A stretch of 64,000 nt of DNA from Candidatus Nanoarchaeia archaeon (GTDB taxonomy: Archaea > Nanobdellota > Nanobdellia > Woesearchaeales > GW2011-AR4), in NCBI GenBank assembly GCA_035293285.1, contig DATDOM010000093.1:36495-100494 (forward strand), in the 5' to 3' direction. The translations under genes and the position numbers were made by a program. Below are positions 37,908 through 46,974 of the stretch, in pieces (position 1 is the first letter of the stretch; each line of letters begins with the position of its first letter). Under the pieces are notes generated by a model. It worked only from the letters and a program-made list of their open reading frames with translations, did no database searches and was not told the origin of the DNA.

Positions 37908-39722
37908 TCAAAGCTCTTCATCCAAAATCGGAATCATCATGTTTTCCTTTAATTCTTTCCTGTCCAAAAACGGCCACATGTCTTCAAGAGGGCTTTGGGA
38001 CATCGAGCCGTCTTTTTTCATTATTGTCTTTAGCCTCGGGCTCAAAATCTCATTATTACCCAATACAACCTCGCAAAAAACAGGCCCGTCTGATTCTATT
38101 ACTTCCAGAATTTTGTGGAGCTCCGAATGGTTATTTATCCTTTCGGTTTTTATTTTAAATGATTTTGCAACTGAAACCATGTCAGGAAAAGTCAGGCCGC
38201 TTTCCCTGTCAGAGCCGACGTGAAACCCTCCGAAGTTTGCATCCTGCATTGCCTTTATCGAAAGGTATGAATTGTTGTTGAACAAGAATATTTTTATCGG
38301 CAGGCTGTGATGCACAACAGTCTGAAGCTCCTGGATATTGAACATGAAGCTTCCTTCTCCTGCAATGCATATGGTTCTTTTTTTATCGTTTGCAAAGCAC
38401 GCGCCTATTGCACCGGGCAACCCAAAACCCATTGAAGCAAGACCGCTTGAAGTAAAAAATTTCTGCCCTTTTTTTACCTTAAAAGTCTGGAATGTTGTCG
38501 TAAAACTTGTTCCCATGTCTGTGACAATCACATCATCTTTTGAAAGGCTGTCTGATAACTTATCAATAAAAACATAGGAGCTTACAACTTTTTTTTCCTT
38601 AAGGTAAGCTGGCAGCACAACAGGATATTTCAAAACCCATTTTTTGCAGGTTTGCACCCACTCTTTGTAATTATTTTCATTTTTATCTTTTAGTGAAGAC
38701 AGCTGTAAATTCATCTCTGACAGGAATTCTTTTGCATCAGAATTTATTGCGGTGTCTGCCTTGAATGGCTTGTCATTAAGCTCTGACTTGTCAATATCAA
38801 CAAAAACTTTTTTTGAGCCCCTTCCAAAAGCGCTGAAGTTAAACCCTGTCTGGGGAATTGAAAGCCTGTTTCCGACAGCTATTATCAGGTCTGAATTCTG
38901 GACAGAAAAATTAGCGCCCCTCTGGCCGAACAGGCCAGGCCTTCCTATGTAAAACTCATTTTCATTGTCAACCAAGTCTGCGCCGTTCCATGTTGTTAAT
39001 ACAGGAATCTTCAATCTTGAAATCAATGAATCCATTTCTTTTTCTGCTTTTGCAAGCTTTATTCCATTGCCGACCCACAAGACAGGCCGCTTTGATTTTT
39101 TGAGAAGGCTTATGCACTTTGAAACATTTTCTTTTAGTTTTTCTTTTGAATCAAAAATAGGGGCTTCTTCCTTGGAAGGCCTGAATTCCTTTAACTTGTC
39201 CGGCTCAATGGAACCTGACTGGACGTTTAATGGAATATCGAGCCACACAGGGCCGCTTCTTCCGCTTTTTGCAATGTGCACTGCTTTTTGAAGCTCGTAT
39301 TTTATCTCGCCAGGGTCTTTTACCATCACTGCGTATTTTGTAATTGGCTTTACTATGCTTATTATGTCTATTTCCTGAACTCCCCTCTGCCTTAGATTTG
39401 TCCCAAGTATTGTGTCTTTTAGTGATATCTGGCCTGAAAGATAAATGCAGGGTGTTGAATCAATCCACGCACCGGCAACTCCAGTTACTGCATTAGTTCC
39501 GCCAGGGCCTGTTGTAACCATTCCAACTCCAAATCCATTGACCCTTGCATATGACTCAACTGCCATTGAAAGGGCCTGCTCGTGGTGCGTTGAAACAGGC
39601 CTTACAGACTTGCTTTTACCAAGGGCATCGTTCATATACATTGAGCCCCCTCCGGGAATCGAGAATATGTGCTTTACCCCAAGGGACGAGACAAAATCAA
39701 TGATGTAATCTGCCACTCTCAT
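37908..39722 (-). CDS. ThDP-dependent acetolactate-synthase-like enzyme (YerE-like)
   Basis: HHEQA, TTGPGGTN, GPVWLDIP, SMGFGLPGAIG, GEGSFMFNIQEL..NN; located in sugar locus. Confidence 0.85.
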   Translation of the reverse strand: MRVADYIIDFVSSLGVKHIFSIPGGGSMYMNDALGKSKSVRPVSTHHEQALSMAVESYARVNGFGVGMVTTGPGGTNAVTGVAGAWIDSTPCIYLSGQISLKDTILGTNLRQRGVQEIDIISIVKPITKYAVMVKDPGEIKYELQKAVHIAKSGRSGPVWLDIPLNVQSGSIEPDKLKEFRPSKEEAPIFDSKEKLKENVSKCISLLKKSKRPVLWVGNGIKLAKAEKEMDSLISRLKIPVLTTWNGADLVDNENEFYIGRPGLFGQRGANFSVQNSDLIIAVGNRLSIPQTGFNFSAFGRGSKKVFVDIDKSELNDKPFKADTAINSDAKEFLSEMNLQLSSLKDKNENNYKEWVQTCKKWVLKYPVVLPAYLKEKKVVSSYVFIDKLSDSLSKDDVIVTDMGTSFTTTFQTFKVKKGQKFFTSSGLASMGFGLPGAIGACFANDKKRTICIAGEGSFMFNIQELQTVVHHSLPIKIFLFNNNSYLSIKAMQDANFGGFHVGSDRESGLTFPDMVSVAKSFKIKTERINNHSELHKILEVIESDGPVFCEVVLGNNEILSPRLKTIMKKDGSMSQSPLEDMWPFLDRKELKENMMIPILDEEL

Positions 39723-39751
39723 ATTATCACAGGACCAATATTTGAAAAAAA

Positions 39752-42304
39752 TTAATTTTCATCCGAGCTCTTGTTAATCATATTTTCTTTAAATTCCTTT
39801 CTATTGAGGAAAGGGTACATGTCCTCAAGCGGCTTTGCTATCCAGTTCCCGTCCTGCTTTACTTCAAGGATTATCCTCGGAATTATTTCCTGCTCCGGGT
39901 CAATATTCAGCTCGCAGACTGCCGGCCCTTTTATTTTCAGAAAATCAGCGAGAGATTTTTCAAGGTTTTTGCTTTCAGAAACACTGCAATATTCAATCCC
40001 GTAAGCTTTGCAAATGCCGCTTATGTAGCCTGAGCTTAGCTTATTTGTCCTAAACGAAGCAGTGTAACGCTGGCCAAAGTATTCTTTTTGGATTTTCCTG
40101 AGATATGAGTGGCCGCCGCTGTTCAAGACAAATATCTTGATTGGCATTTTTGCATAAGAAATTGTTTCAAGCTCCTGGGCCTGCCTCAAAAACCCGTGGT
40201 CCTCGCAAATACACACGATTCCTGAATTTGGCGAAGACGCAACTGCACCTATTGCCGCCGGGAGGGAAAAGCTTGGATTGTCAAGGCCTGTTGAGGCAAT
40301 TACTCTCTGGCCGCTTTTGAACTTGAACATCTGGATAAAATAAATCAATGGAGAGCCGCCGTCTACTGCAATCACGGAATTTTCTTTTAGCTCAGAAGAC
40401 AGCGATTTTATGAAAAAATAAGGATTCACAAAGCCTTTCTTTTTGTCAATTGGAGATTCAGAGTATTTTGACTTGTAGTAATCACATTTTTTAATCCAGC
40501 CCGAAAATTGCGTGTTTACTTTTTTTGTTGACTTTACGAGTTCGCATATGAATTCCTTTGCGTCAGCATTTATTGCAATTGCGGGCTTTATTGTCTTTTT
40601 TCTGAGCTCATTACTGTCAATGTCTACAACAATTTTTTTTGCGTGCATTGCAAAGGCTCCAAAATTCCTCCCAAGATGAAGAATTGAAAGCCTGGCGCCA
40701 ATGCTTATGACAAGGTCTGCATTTTGAATAATGAAATTTGCGCTTCTCTGCCCGTAAGCGCCGGCCCTCCCATAATTAAAAGGATTTTTTTCAGTGAGGA
40801 GGTCAGAGCCTTTTCTTGTGGTGAGAACGGGAATTTTGAGGGCCTTAATCAATTCAACAAAATCATCTTTTGCTCCCGAAATCCTTGTGCCGCTTCCTGC
40901 AAAAATCACCGGCCTTTTTGAGGAATTGAGGAGAGAAATAACTTCTTTTATCTGCGACTGCATTATCCTGAGATTTTTGGATTCACTTTCATTAAACGAG
41001 TCCATTTTTTTCTCATCAATGTTGCTTCCAAGAACATCAATCGGAATATCAAGCCACACAGGGCCTTTTCTTTTGTTGTTTGCAATGTAAAGGGCTTTTT
41101 CAAGATGATATTTTATTTTATGAGGGTCATTTATTCTTACGCAATATTTTGTAATCGGCTTTACTATGCTTATTATGTCTATTTCCTGAACTCCAAGCTG
41201 CCTTAAGCCATCATTAGCAATCTGGTCTGACTGGCACTGGCCCGATATTGCCAAAACAGGAGTGGAGTCCACCCATGAATCTGCTATTCCGATAAGGGAA
41301 TTTGCACACGCTGCGCCTGATGAAACAATTGCAACCCCGACATTTCCTGTAAGCTTTGCAAATGATTCTGCTGCCATAATTGCCGCCTGCTCTGTCTGGG
41401 TTGATATGTACTTCATTTCAGTATTCTTCCCTATGGAATCTATGAGGTGCATGTTTGTGTTGCCGGGAACCAAAAAAATATTTTTTAGCGAGTTTTTCTC
41501 AAGAAAAGAAGCTATGAAATCAGACACCTTCACCATTGAATCATTTTTCTTTACAAGTATTGCCTCAACTTGTCCCTCAATGAAATGCGGCCTGAGACTT
41601 ATTATTTTTTTTGCATCAAGGGTGTCTCCAAAATCAATTATGCCTTTTCTTGATTTGTCCATTACTTTTCCTTTAAGCAGGATTATGACATCCTCAGGAT
41701 TTTTTTCAAGGGAACTGACAAAATCATCACAGCCCGAAAATTTCTGCAAAGATATGCTGCACTTTTCGAACTTTTTTTTGACATTGTAGTAAATGCTTGA
41801 GTTAATCATGCTTATATAATTGTAGTTCTTTAAGTCAAATGAAATGCTTTCTATTGTCTCATAGCCAAGGCCTGCCCTGCCGTAATTGTCCTCTATCCTG
41901 ACAAGGTCCCTTTTGTTCGTGGAATTTTCAACTTCCATGATGAAAATGCCACCATCAGAATCTGACTTTGTTGAATGGAAAACTGCCTTTGGAATCAAAA
42001 GGCCGTCGCCCGGAGACATTTTTGTTTTTTCAGAAAGAGTTGAGCAGACTGCATTTCCATAAAGCACAATGAGTGAAGTCTTTTTGCTTGGGTGGCAGTG
42101 CATTGAGGTTGTGTGGCCTTTTTTTATGTAAAGAATCCAGACAGCAACCCTGTCGTTTTGGTAAATGAGATATTCATAGCCCCAGGGCTTTTTCACAATT
42201 GCCTTTGAATAATCAAAAAAATCATCCCTGATTTTTGAGGAATCTATATTAATCCTGCCAAGCCTGTCCTTGTCAACACCTTTAAATGCAAGAGACTTAA
42301 TCAT
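39752..42304 (-). CDS. Cupin domain fused to ThDP-dependent ALS-like domain
   Basis: KPWGYE...TSMHCHPSK...FHST cupin; second half paralogous to 37908-39722. Confidence 0.8.
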   Translation of the reverse strand: MIKSLAFKGVDKDRLGRINIDSSKIRDDFFDYSKAIVKKPWGYEYLIYQNDRVAVWILYIKKGHTTSMHCHPSKKTSLIVLYGNAVCSTLSEKTKMSPGDGLLIPKAVFHSTKSDSDGGIFIMEVENSTNKRDLVRIEDNYGRAGLGYETIESISFDLKNYNYISMINSSIYYNVKKKFEKCSISLQKFSGCDDFVSSLEKNPEDVIILLKGKVMDKSRKGIIDFGDTLDAKKIISLRPHFIEGQVEAILVKKNDSMVKVSDFIASFLEKNSLKNIFLVPGNTNMHLIDSIGKNTEMKYISTQTEQAAIMAAESFAKLTGNVGVAIVSSGAACANSLIGIADSWVDSTPVLAISGQCQSDQIANDGLRQLGVQEIDIISIVKPITKYCVRINDPHKIKYHLEKALYIANNKRKGPVWLDIPIDVLGSNIDEKKMDSFNESESKNLRIMQSQIKEVISLLNSSKRPVIFAGSGTRISGAKDDFVELIKALKIPVLTTRKGSDLLTEKNPFNYGRAGAYGQRSANFIIQNADLVISIGARLSILHLGRNFGAFAMHAKKIVVDIDSNELRKKTIKPAIAINADAKEFICELVKSTKKVNTQFSGWIKKCDYYKSKYSESPIDKKKGFVNPYFFIKSLSSELKENSVIAVDGGSPLIYFIQMFKFKSGQRVIASTGLDNPSFSLPAAIGAVASSPNSGIVCICEDHGFLRQAQELETISYAKMPIKIFVLNSGGHSYLRKIQKEYFGQRYTASFRTNKLSSGYISGICKAYGIEYCSVSESKNLEKSLADFLKIKGPAVCELNIDPEQEIIPRIILEVKQDGNWIAKPLEDMYPFLNRKEFKENMINKSSDEN

Positions 42305-42356
42305 TTTGTATTTTCAAACAAAAAACTTTAAATATTTATGGGTGAAATTTTTAAAG

Positions 42357-43313
42357 ATGGGAAAAACTAGAATTCTTATAAGCGGCGCAACAGGATTTGT
42401 CGGCTCAAACCTTGCAAGAAGGCTGTGTAAAACAAGCGAAGTCCACATAATATCAAGAAAAGGCTCAAACCATTGGAGGCTTAAGGACATCGCATCAGAT
42501 TTAACAATACACGAGGCAAGCCTAACTGACGAAAATGCGCTAAATGAAATTGCAAAAAGCGCAAAGCCTGACATAGTCTACCACCTTGCAACAACAGGCT
42601 TATACGGCGGAAAGCACCCTGATGACAGAGAGGTCATAAACACAAGCTTTCTTGGCTCAGTCAAACTGATAAATGCGTGCTCAAAAGCAGGATTCAAATG
42701 CTTTGTAAACACAGGCAGCTCATCTGAATACGGCATCAAGGAAAGCCCAATGAAGGAGACAGACTCCTGCAGCCCAATCAACACTTACGGAGTTGCAAAG
42801 CTTGCGTCAACACTTTATGCATCAAACTTTGTAAAAAAAAATGACCTGCCGATAGTTAACGTGCGGCTTTTCTCGCCTTTCGGGCCTTACGACCACCCTT
42901 TAAGGCTGATATCATATGCATCGCTTAATGCTGCAAAGGGAAAAGACCTGGAGCTTTCCGACCCAAACTCAGTTCGGGACTATATTCACGTTGACGACGT
43001 TGTTGACTTTTATACAAGGCTTGCAAGGCTTGGTGAGGAGCTTAAAGGAGAAACATTAAATCTTGGTTCCGGGCAGGAGATGAAAATTTCCTATGTAGTC
43101 AAAAAAATAATTGAGTTTTCGGATTCAAAAAGCAAAGTGCTTTGGCAAAAGGCACTAAAGCGCGATTTTGACACGGAGCACTGGCAGTCTGACATGACAA
43201 AATCAAAAAAACTTGTCAAAGGATTCAAGATAACTCCTTTTGATGATTCTCTTAAGAAAGCAGTTGAATGGTTTAAGGAAAATCACGGGCTTTATGATAA
43301 TTTGAATATTTAA
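42357..43313 (+). CDS. NAD-dependent epimerase/dehydratase
   Basis: GATGFVG, GSSSEYG, YGVAK, RDYIHVDD; probable start MGKTRI. Confidence 0.88.
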   Translation: MGKTRILISGATGFVGSNLARRLCKTSEVHIISRKGSNHWRLKDIASDLTIHEASLTDENALNEIAKSAKPDIVYHLATTGLYGGKHPDDREVINTSFLGSVKLINACSKAGFKCFVNTGSSSEYGIKESPMKETDSCSPINTYGVAKLASTLYASNFVKKNDLPIVNVRLFSPFGPYDHPLRLISYASLNAAKGKDLELSDPNSVRDYIHVDDVVDFYTRLARLGEELKGETLNLGSGQEMKISYVVKKIIEFSDSKSKVLWQKALKRDFDTEHWQSDMTKSKKLVKGFKITPFDDSLKKAVEWFKENHGLYDNLNI

Positions 43314-43385
43314 TTCGTTAATAATTATTCTAACTAAATTAAATTAATCATTTTAAACTTTATTTGGCTTCGGTAAAAATCTATT

Positions 43386-43508
43386 TAGGGCTGCCATCGA
43401 ACTCGGCTACGCATATCAAATCGTGGGATGACATTCCCCGTAAGGGACGTCCCCCTTGTCATCTTTTCGTCCGTATAATCAGAGCCTCGTAAATTGATGG
43501 CAGCCCTA
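43386..43508 (+). repeat. Family B element, copy B3 (outer arms and DR not resolved)
   Basis: 13-bp IR tagggctgccatc/gatggcagcccta enclosing gatgaca..tgtcatc core. Confidence 0.75.
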
Positions 43509-43589
43509 TAGTATACTGATGGTTTTTTGTTGCCTGTGTGGCAATCTCTTTGAAAAGATTTAAAAACGAAGTGGACAAACTGATTGTCA

Positions 43590-44366
43590 ATGCAGGCAGT
43601 AATATTGTGCGGGGGCAGGGGAACCAGGCTTAGGGAGGAAACTGAGTTCAGGCCAAAGCCATTGGTCGAGATAGGGGGAATGCCAATACTATGGCATATA
43701 ATGAAAATATACTCTCATTATGGGGTCAAGGACTTTATTCTCTGCCTTGGCTACAAGGGCCACATGATAAAAGAATTCTTCATGGACCTCGAAATTTATG
43801 GAAAAGACATAACCTACAATCCAAAGACAAAAAAAATAATACATCACAACGGCAGCGACGGCGAGGACTGGAACATCACTTTTGCAGAAACGGGCCTTGA
43901 CACTTATACCGGGGCAAGAATCAAAAGAATTGAAAAATACATCACAGGGGATGACTTCTTCCTTACTTATGGCGACGGGGTTGCAGACATAAACATAAAA
44001 GAGCTTTATGAATTCCACAAAAAGCACGGAAAGATTGCAACTGTAACTGCAGTCCAGCCCTTTGCAAGGTTTGGAGTTTTAAACATTGACAATGAGCTCA
44101 TATCAGATTTTACAAAAAAACATGTCGTGCACACAAACAGGATTGACGGCGGATTTTTTGTCTTTACCAAAAAAGTCTTTGATTACCTAAGCAATGACAG
44201 AAAATGCGCGCTTGAAGACCAGCCACTCAAAAACCTTGTCAAGGACAACCAGTTCGTGGCATTCAGGCACGACGGGTTTTGGCAGTGCATGGACATACAG
44301 CAGCATGCAGAAGGCTTAAATGAACTCTGGAATTCAGGCGAGGCTCCCTGGAAAATCTGGCAATGA
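43590..44366 (+). CDS. rfbF: Glucose-1-phosphate cytidylyltransferase
   Basis: ILCGGRGTRL.EET..RPKPLVEIG..PILWHIMK, TYGDG, FWQCMD. Confidence 0.92.
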   Translation: MQAVILCGGRGTRLREETEFRPKPLVEIGGMPILWHIMKIYSHYGVKDFILCLGYKGHMIKEFFMDLEIYGKDITYNPKTKKIIHHNGSDGEDWNITFAETGLDTYTGARIKRIEKYITGDDFFLTYGDGVADINIKELYEFHKKHGKIATVTAVQPFARFGVLNIDNELISDFTKKHVVHTNRIDGGFFVFTKKVFDYLSNDRKCALEDQPLKNLVKDNQFVAFRHDGFWQCMDIQQHAEGLNELWNSGEAPWKIWQ

Positions 44367-45355
44367 ATCAAAAAACAAATTCTGATTACTGGAGGGGAAA
44401 AAATGCCCTTGTTACAGGCGCTACAGGAATACTTGGAAGCTGGCTTGTAAAAACGCTTGTTGAAAAAAAGTCAAATGTTGTAATAATCAAAAGAGACCAT
44501 TTTCCGAATTCAGAGCTTGAGCTTTCAGGCGCATTAAAAAAAGTAAGCATAGTTCACGGGAGCCTTGAAGATTATTGGACTATTGAGCGGGCGCTTAATG
44601 AATATGAAATTGACACTTGCTTTCATTTAGGCGCACAGGCGCTTGTGCAGACGGCGAACAGGAGCCCGCTTTCCACTTTTGAGGCAAACCTGAAAGGCAC
44701 GTGGAATGTTCTTGAAGCGTGCAGGCACCTTAAGCTTGTAAAGCGAATTGTTGTTGCATCAAGCGACAAGGCTTATGGCGAGCACGAAAAGCTGCCTTAT
44801 GATGAAGACTCAAAATTAAACGGATTGAACCCTTATGACGCGTCAAAAAGCTGCTGCGACATAATTGCGCAGTCTTACGCACACTCATTTAAAATGCCGA
44901 TTGGAATTGCAAGATGCGGAAATATTTATGGCGGAGGAGACCTGAATTTTAGCAGGATAATTCCAGGAACAATAAAATCCCTTCTTGAAAAACAGGCGCC
45001 TGTAATAAGAAGCGACGGCACATTAGTAAGGGATTATTTTTATGTCGAGGACGCAGTTGATGCATTTTTGATGCTTGCAAAAAGCCAAGATGATGAAGAA
45101 ATGCATGGACACGTATTTAACTTCAGCCCGGAGAGCCCAATTTCAGTAATTGATCTGGTCCGAAAAATATCCAAAATTGCAAATTCAAATCTTAAGCCAA
45201 AAATCCTTTCAGAGGCTTTTAACGAAATCCAGAAACAATACCTTGACTGCTCAAAAGCAAGAAAACTGCTCAACTGGCAGGCAAACACCAAACTTGACGA
45301 CGGCCTTAAAAAAACATTTGAGTGGTACCAAAAATTCTTTGACAGCGCTGGCTGA
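44363..45355 (+). CDS. rfbG: CDP-glucose 4,6-dehydratase-like SDR
   Basis: YW.GKNALVTG, SSDKAY, PYDASK, RCGNIYGGGD; follows rfbF. Confidence 0.8.
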   Translation: MNQKTNSDYWRGKNALVTGATGILGSWLVKTLVEKKSNVVIIKRDHFPNSELELSGALKKVSIVHGSLEDYWTIERALNEYEIDTCFHLGAQALVQTANRSPLSTFEANLKGTWNVLEACRHLKLVKRIVVASSDKAYGEHEKLPYDEDSKLNGLNPYDASKSCCDIIAQSYAHSFKMPIGIARCGNIYGGGDLNFSRIIPGTIKSLLEKQAPVIRSDGTLVRDYFYVEDAVDAFLMLAKSQDDEEMHGHVFNFSPESPISVIDLVRKISKIANSNLKPKILSEAFNEIQKQYLDCSKARKLLNWQANTKLDDGLKKTFEWYQKFFDSAG

Positions 45356-45402
45356 TTATCCTGACTGATTGAAGCCTTAACTTTGCAATGTTCACTTTTA
45401 TT

Positions 45403-45596
45403 GGCATCAAAAAGCTCTCATTTCATTCGGGCTGCCATCAGCTCGCACTCTTTTATTGTTCTTTTAAGGGAAAAATTCCGGGACTTGCAAGAGCTCGCCT
45501 CTTGCTCGCTCACGTCCCTGCAATTTCCTTTTTCCATAAACCATTTCATTAAAAGTGCTCGCAAAGTTAGATGGCAGCCTTCAGCTTTTCAATGCC
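45403..45596 (+). mobile_element. Family B element, copy B4 (different inner core)
   Basis: Outer IR 12/14 (45403-16/45583-96); perfect ggctgccatc/gatggcagcc stem; cttttat DR at 45395-401/45599-605. Confidence 0.7.
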
Positions 45597-45643
45597 CCCT
45601 TTTATCACAAGATTTATAATAATTATTTGATAATCCGATAAAA

Positions 45644-46960
45644 ATGGAAGGGGACGAGGAATTGATAAGGCAGCAGATAAAAATTCTTGTTGAAAAATTG
45701 TACGAGTTGAAATTCAGGGACAGGAGTTTTAATGCGGGCACTGACAAGCTTAACTATGCCGGGCGCGTTTTTGATGAAAAAGAAATGACAAGCGCAGTCG
45801 ATTCGCTTCTTGATTTTACGCTTACCCACGGAAACAACTGCGTCAAGTTTGAGCGGGAATTCGCTAAATCACTCAATTCAAAGTTTTCTGTCCTTACAAA
45901 TTCAGGCTCTTCTGCAAACCTCATTGCAGTCACATCGATGAAGTCAAAGAAGCTAAAACACAGGCTCAAATCCGGCGACAGGGTAGTCACGCCAGCAGTA
46001 ACATTCCCCACAACTCTTGCGCCAATAATTCAAAACGGCCTAAAGCCGGTCTTTGTGGACGCAGAAATAGGGACTTACAATGCAGATGAAGAATCACTAA
46101 AGGGAGCTGTGAACAGCGGCATCAGCGCAATTATAATTCCGCACACTCTTGGAAATCCGAACAACATGGACCTTTTGATGGATTTAAAGAAAGATTACAA
46201 CCTTTTGCTTTTGGAAGACACGTGCGACGCAATCGGCGGCACTTTTGGCTCAAAAAATCTTGGAACTTTCGGCGAGCTTGGAACTGTGAGCTTTTATCCT
46301 GCGCATCACATGACAATGGGCGAAGGCGGCGCGATAATGACTCAGGATGCAGTAACGCTAAAAATCCTTAAATCAATAAGGGAGTGGGGAAGGGACTGCT
46401 GGTGCCTGCCAGGAATGTCAAACACCTGCGGTAAAAGATTCGGATGGGAGCTTGGAGACCTGCCAGAGGGATATGACCACAAATATATCTATTCTGAGAT
46501 AGGATACAACTTAAAAGTCCTTGACTTACAGGGAGCAATCGGGCTTGAGCAGCTAAAAAAACTTCCTATGTTTATTGAAAAAAGACGGGAAAATTTTACA
46601 GCACTTTTTAATCACTTAAAAAAATATGAAGATAAAATAACACTTCCAAAATGGCACAAAAAAGCAAATCCTTCGTGGTTTGCATTTCCAATAACATTAA
46701 AGGATGGATGCGGATTTTCAAGAAAAGAAATAACTTCATTTCTTGAAGAGAAAAAAATAGAGACCCGGATGGTTTTTGCAGGTAACATATTAAAACAGCC
46801 TGCATACATTGACATAGAAAGGGAAATCCACGGAACACTCAAAAACACAGACAAGATAATGAACGACACTTTTTTTGTCGGAGTCTATCCAGGCATAGAT
46901 TCACAAAGAATGGAATTTTTGCTTAAGTCATTTGATGATTTTTTCTCGGGATTAAGCTGA
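45644..46960 (+). CDS. rfbH: CDP-4-keto-6-deoxyglucose 3-dehydrase (E1)
   Basis: NSGSSANL, SFYPAHHMTMGEGG (His in place of PLP Lys), WGRDCWC..NTC, YDHKY. Confidence 0.92.
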   Translation: MEGDEELIRQQIKILVEKLYELKFRDRSFNAGTDKLNYAGRVFDEKEMTSAVDSLLDFTLTHGNNCVKFEREFAKSLNSKFSVLTNSGSSANLIAVTSMKSKKLKHRLKSGDRVVTPAVTFPTTLAPIIQNGLKPVFVDAEIGTYNADEESLKGAVNSGISAIIIPHTLGNPNNMDLLMDLKKDYNLLLLEDTCDAIGGTFGSKNLGTFGELGTVSFYPAHHMTMGEGGAIMTQDAVTLKILKSIREWGRDCWCLPGMSNTCGKRFGWELGDLPEGYDHKYIYSEIGYNLKVLDLQGAIGLEQLKKLPMFIEKRRENFTALFNHLKKYEDKITLPKWHKKANPSWFAFPITLKDGCGFSRKEITSFLEEKKIETRMVFAGNILKQPAYIDIEREIHGTLKNTDKIMNDTFFVGVYPGIDSQRMEFLLKSFDDFFSGLS

Positions 46961-46974
46961 GCTTTATAATTACA

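Noticed and set aside
37908..42304. ilvB for branched-chain amino acid synthesis
   Set aside because: No ilvN/C/D nearby; the CDP-sugar context favours a YerE-like role
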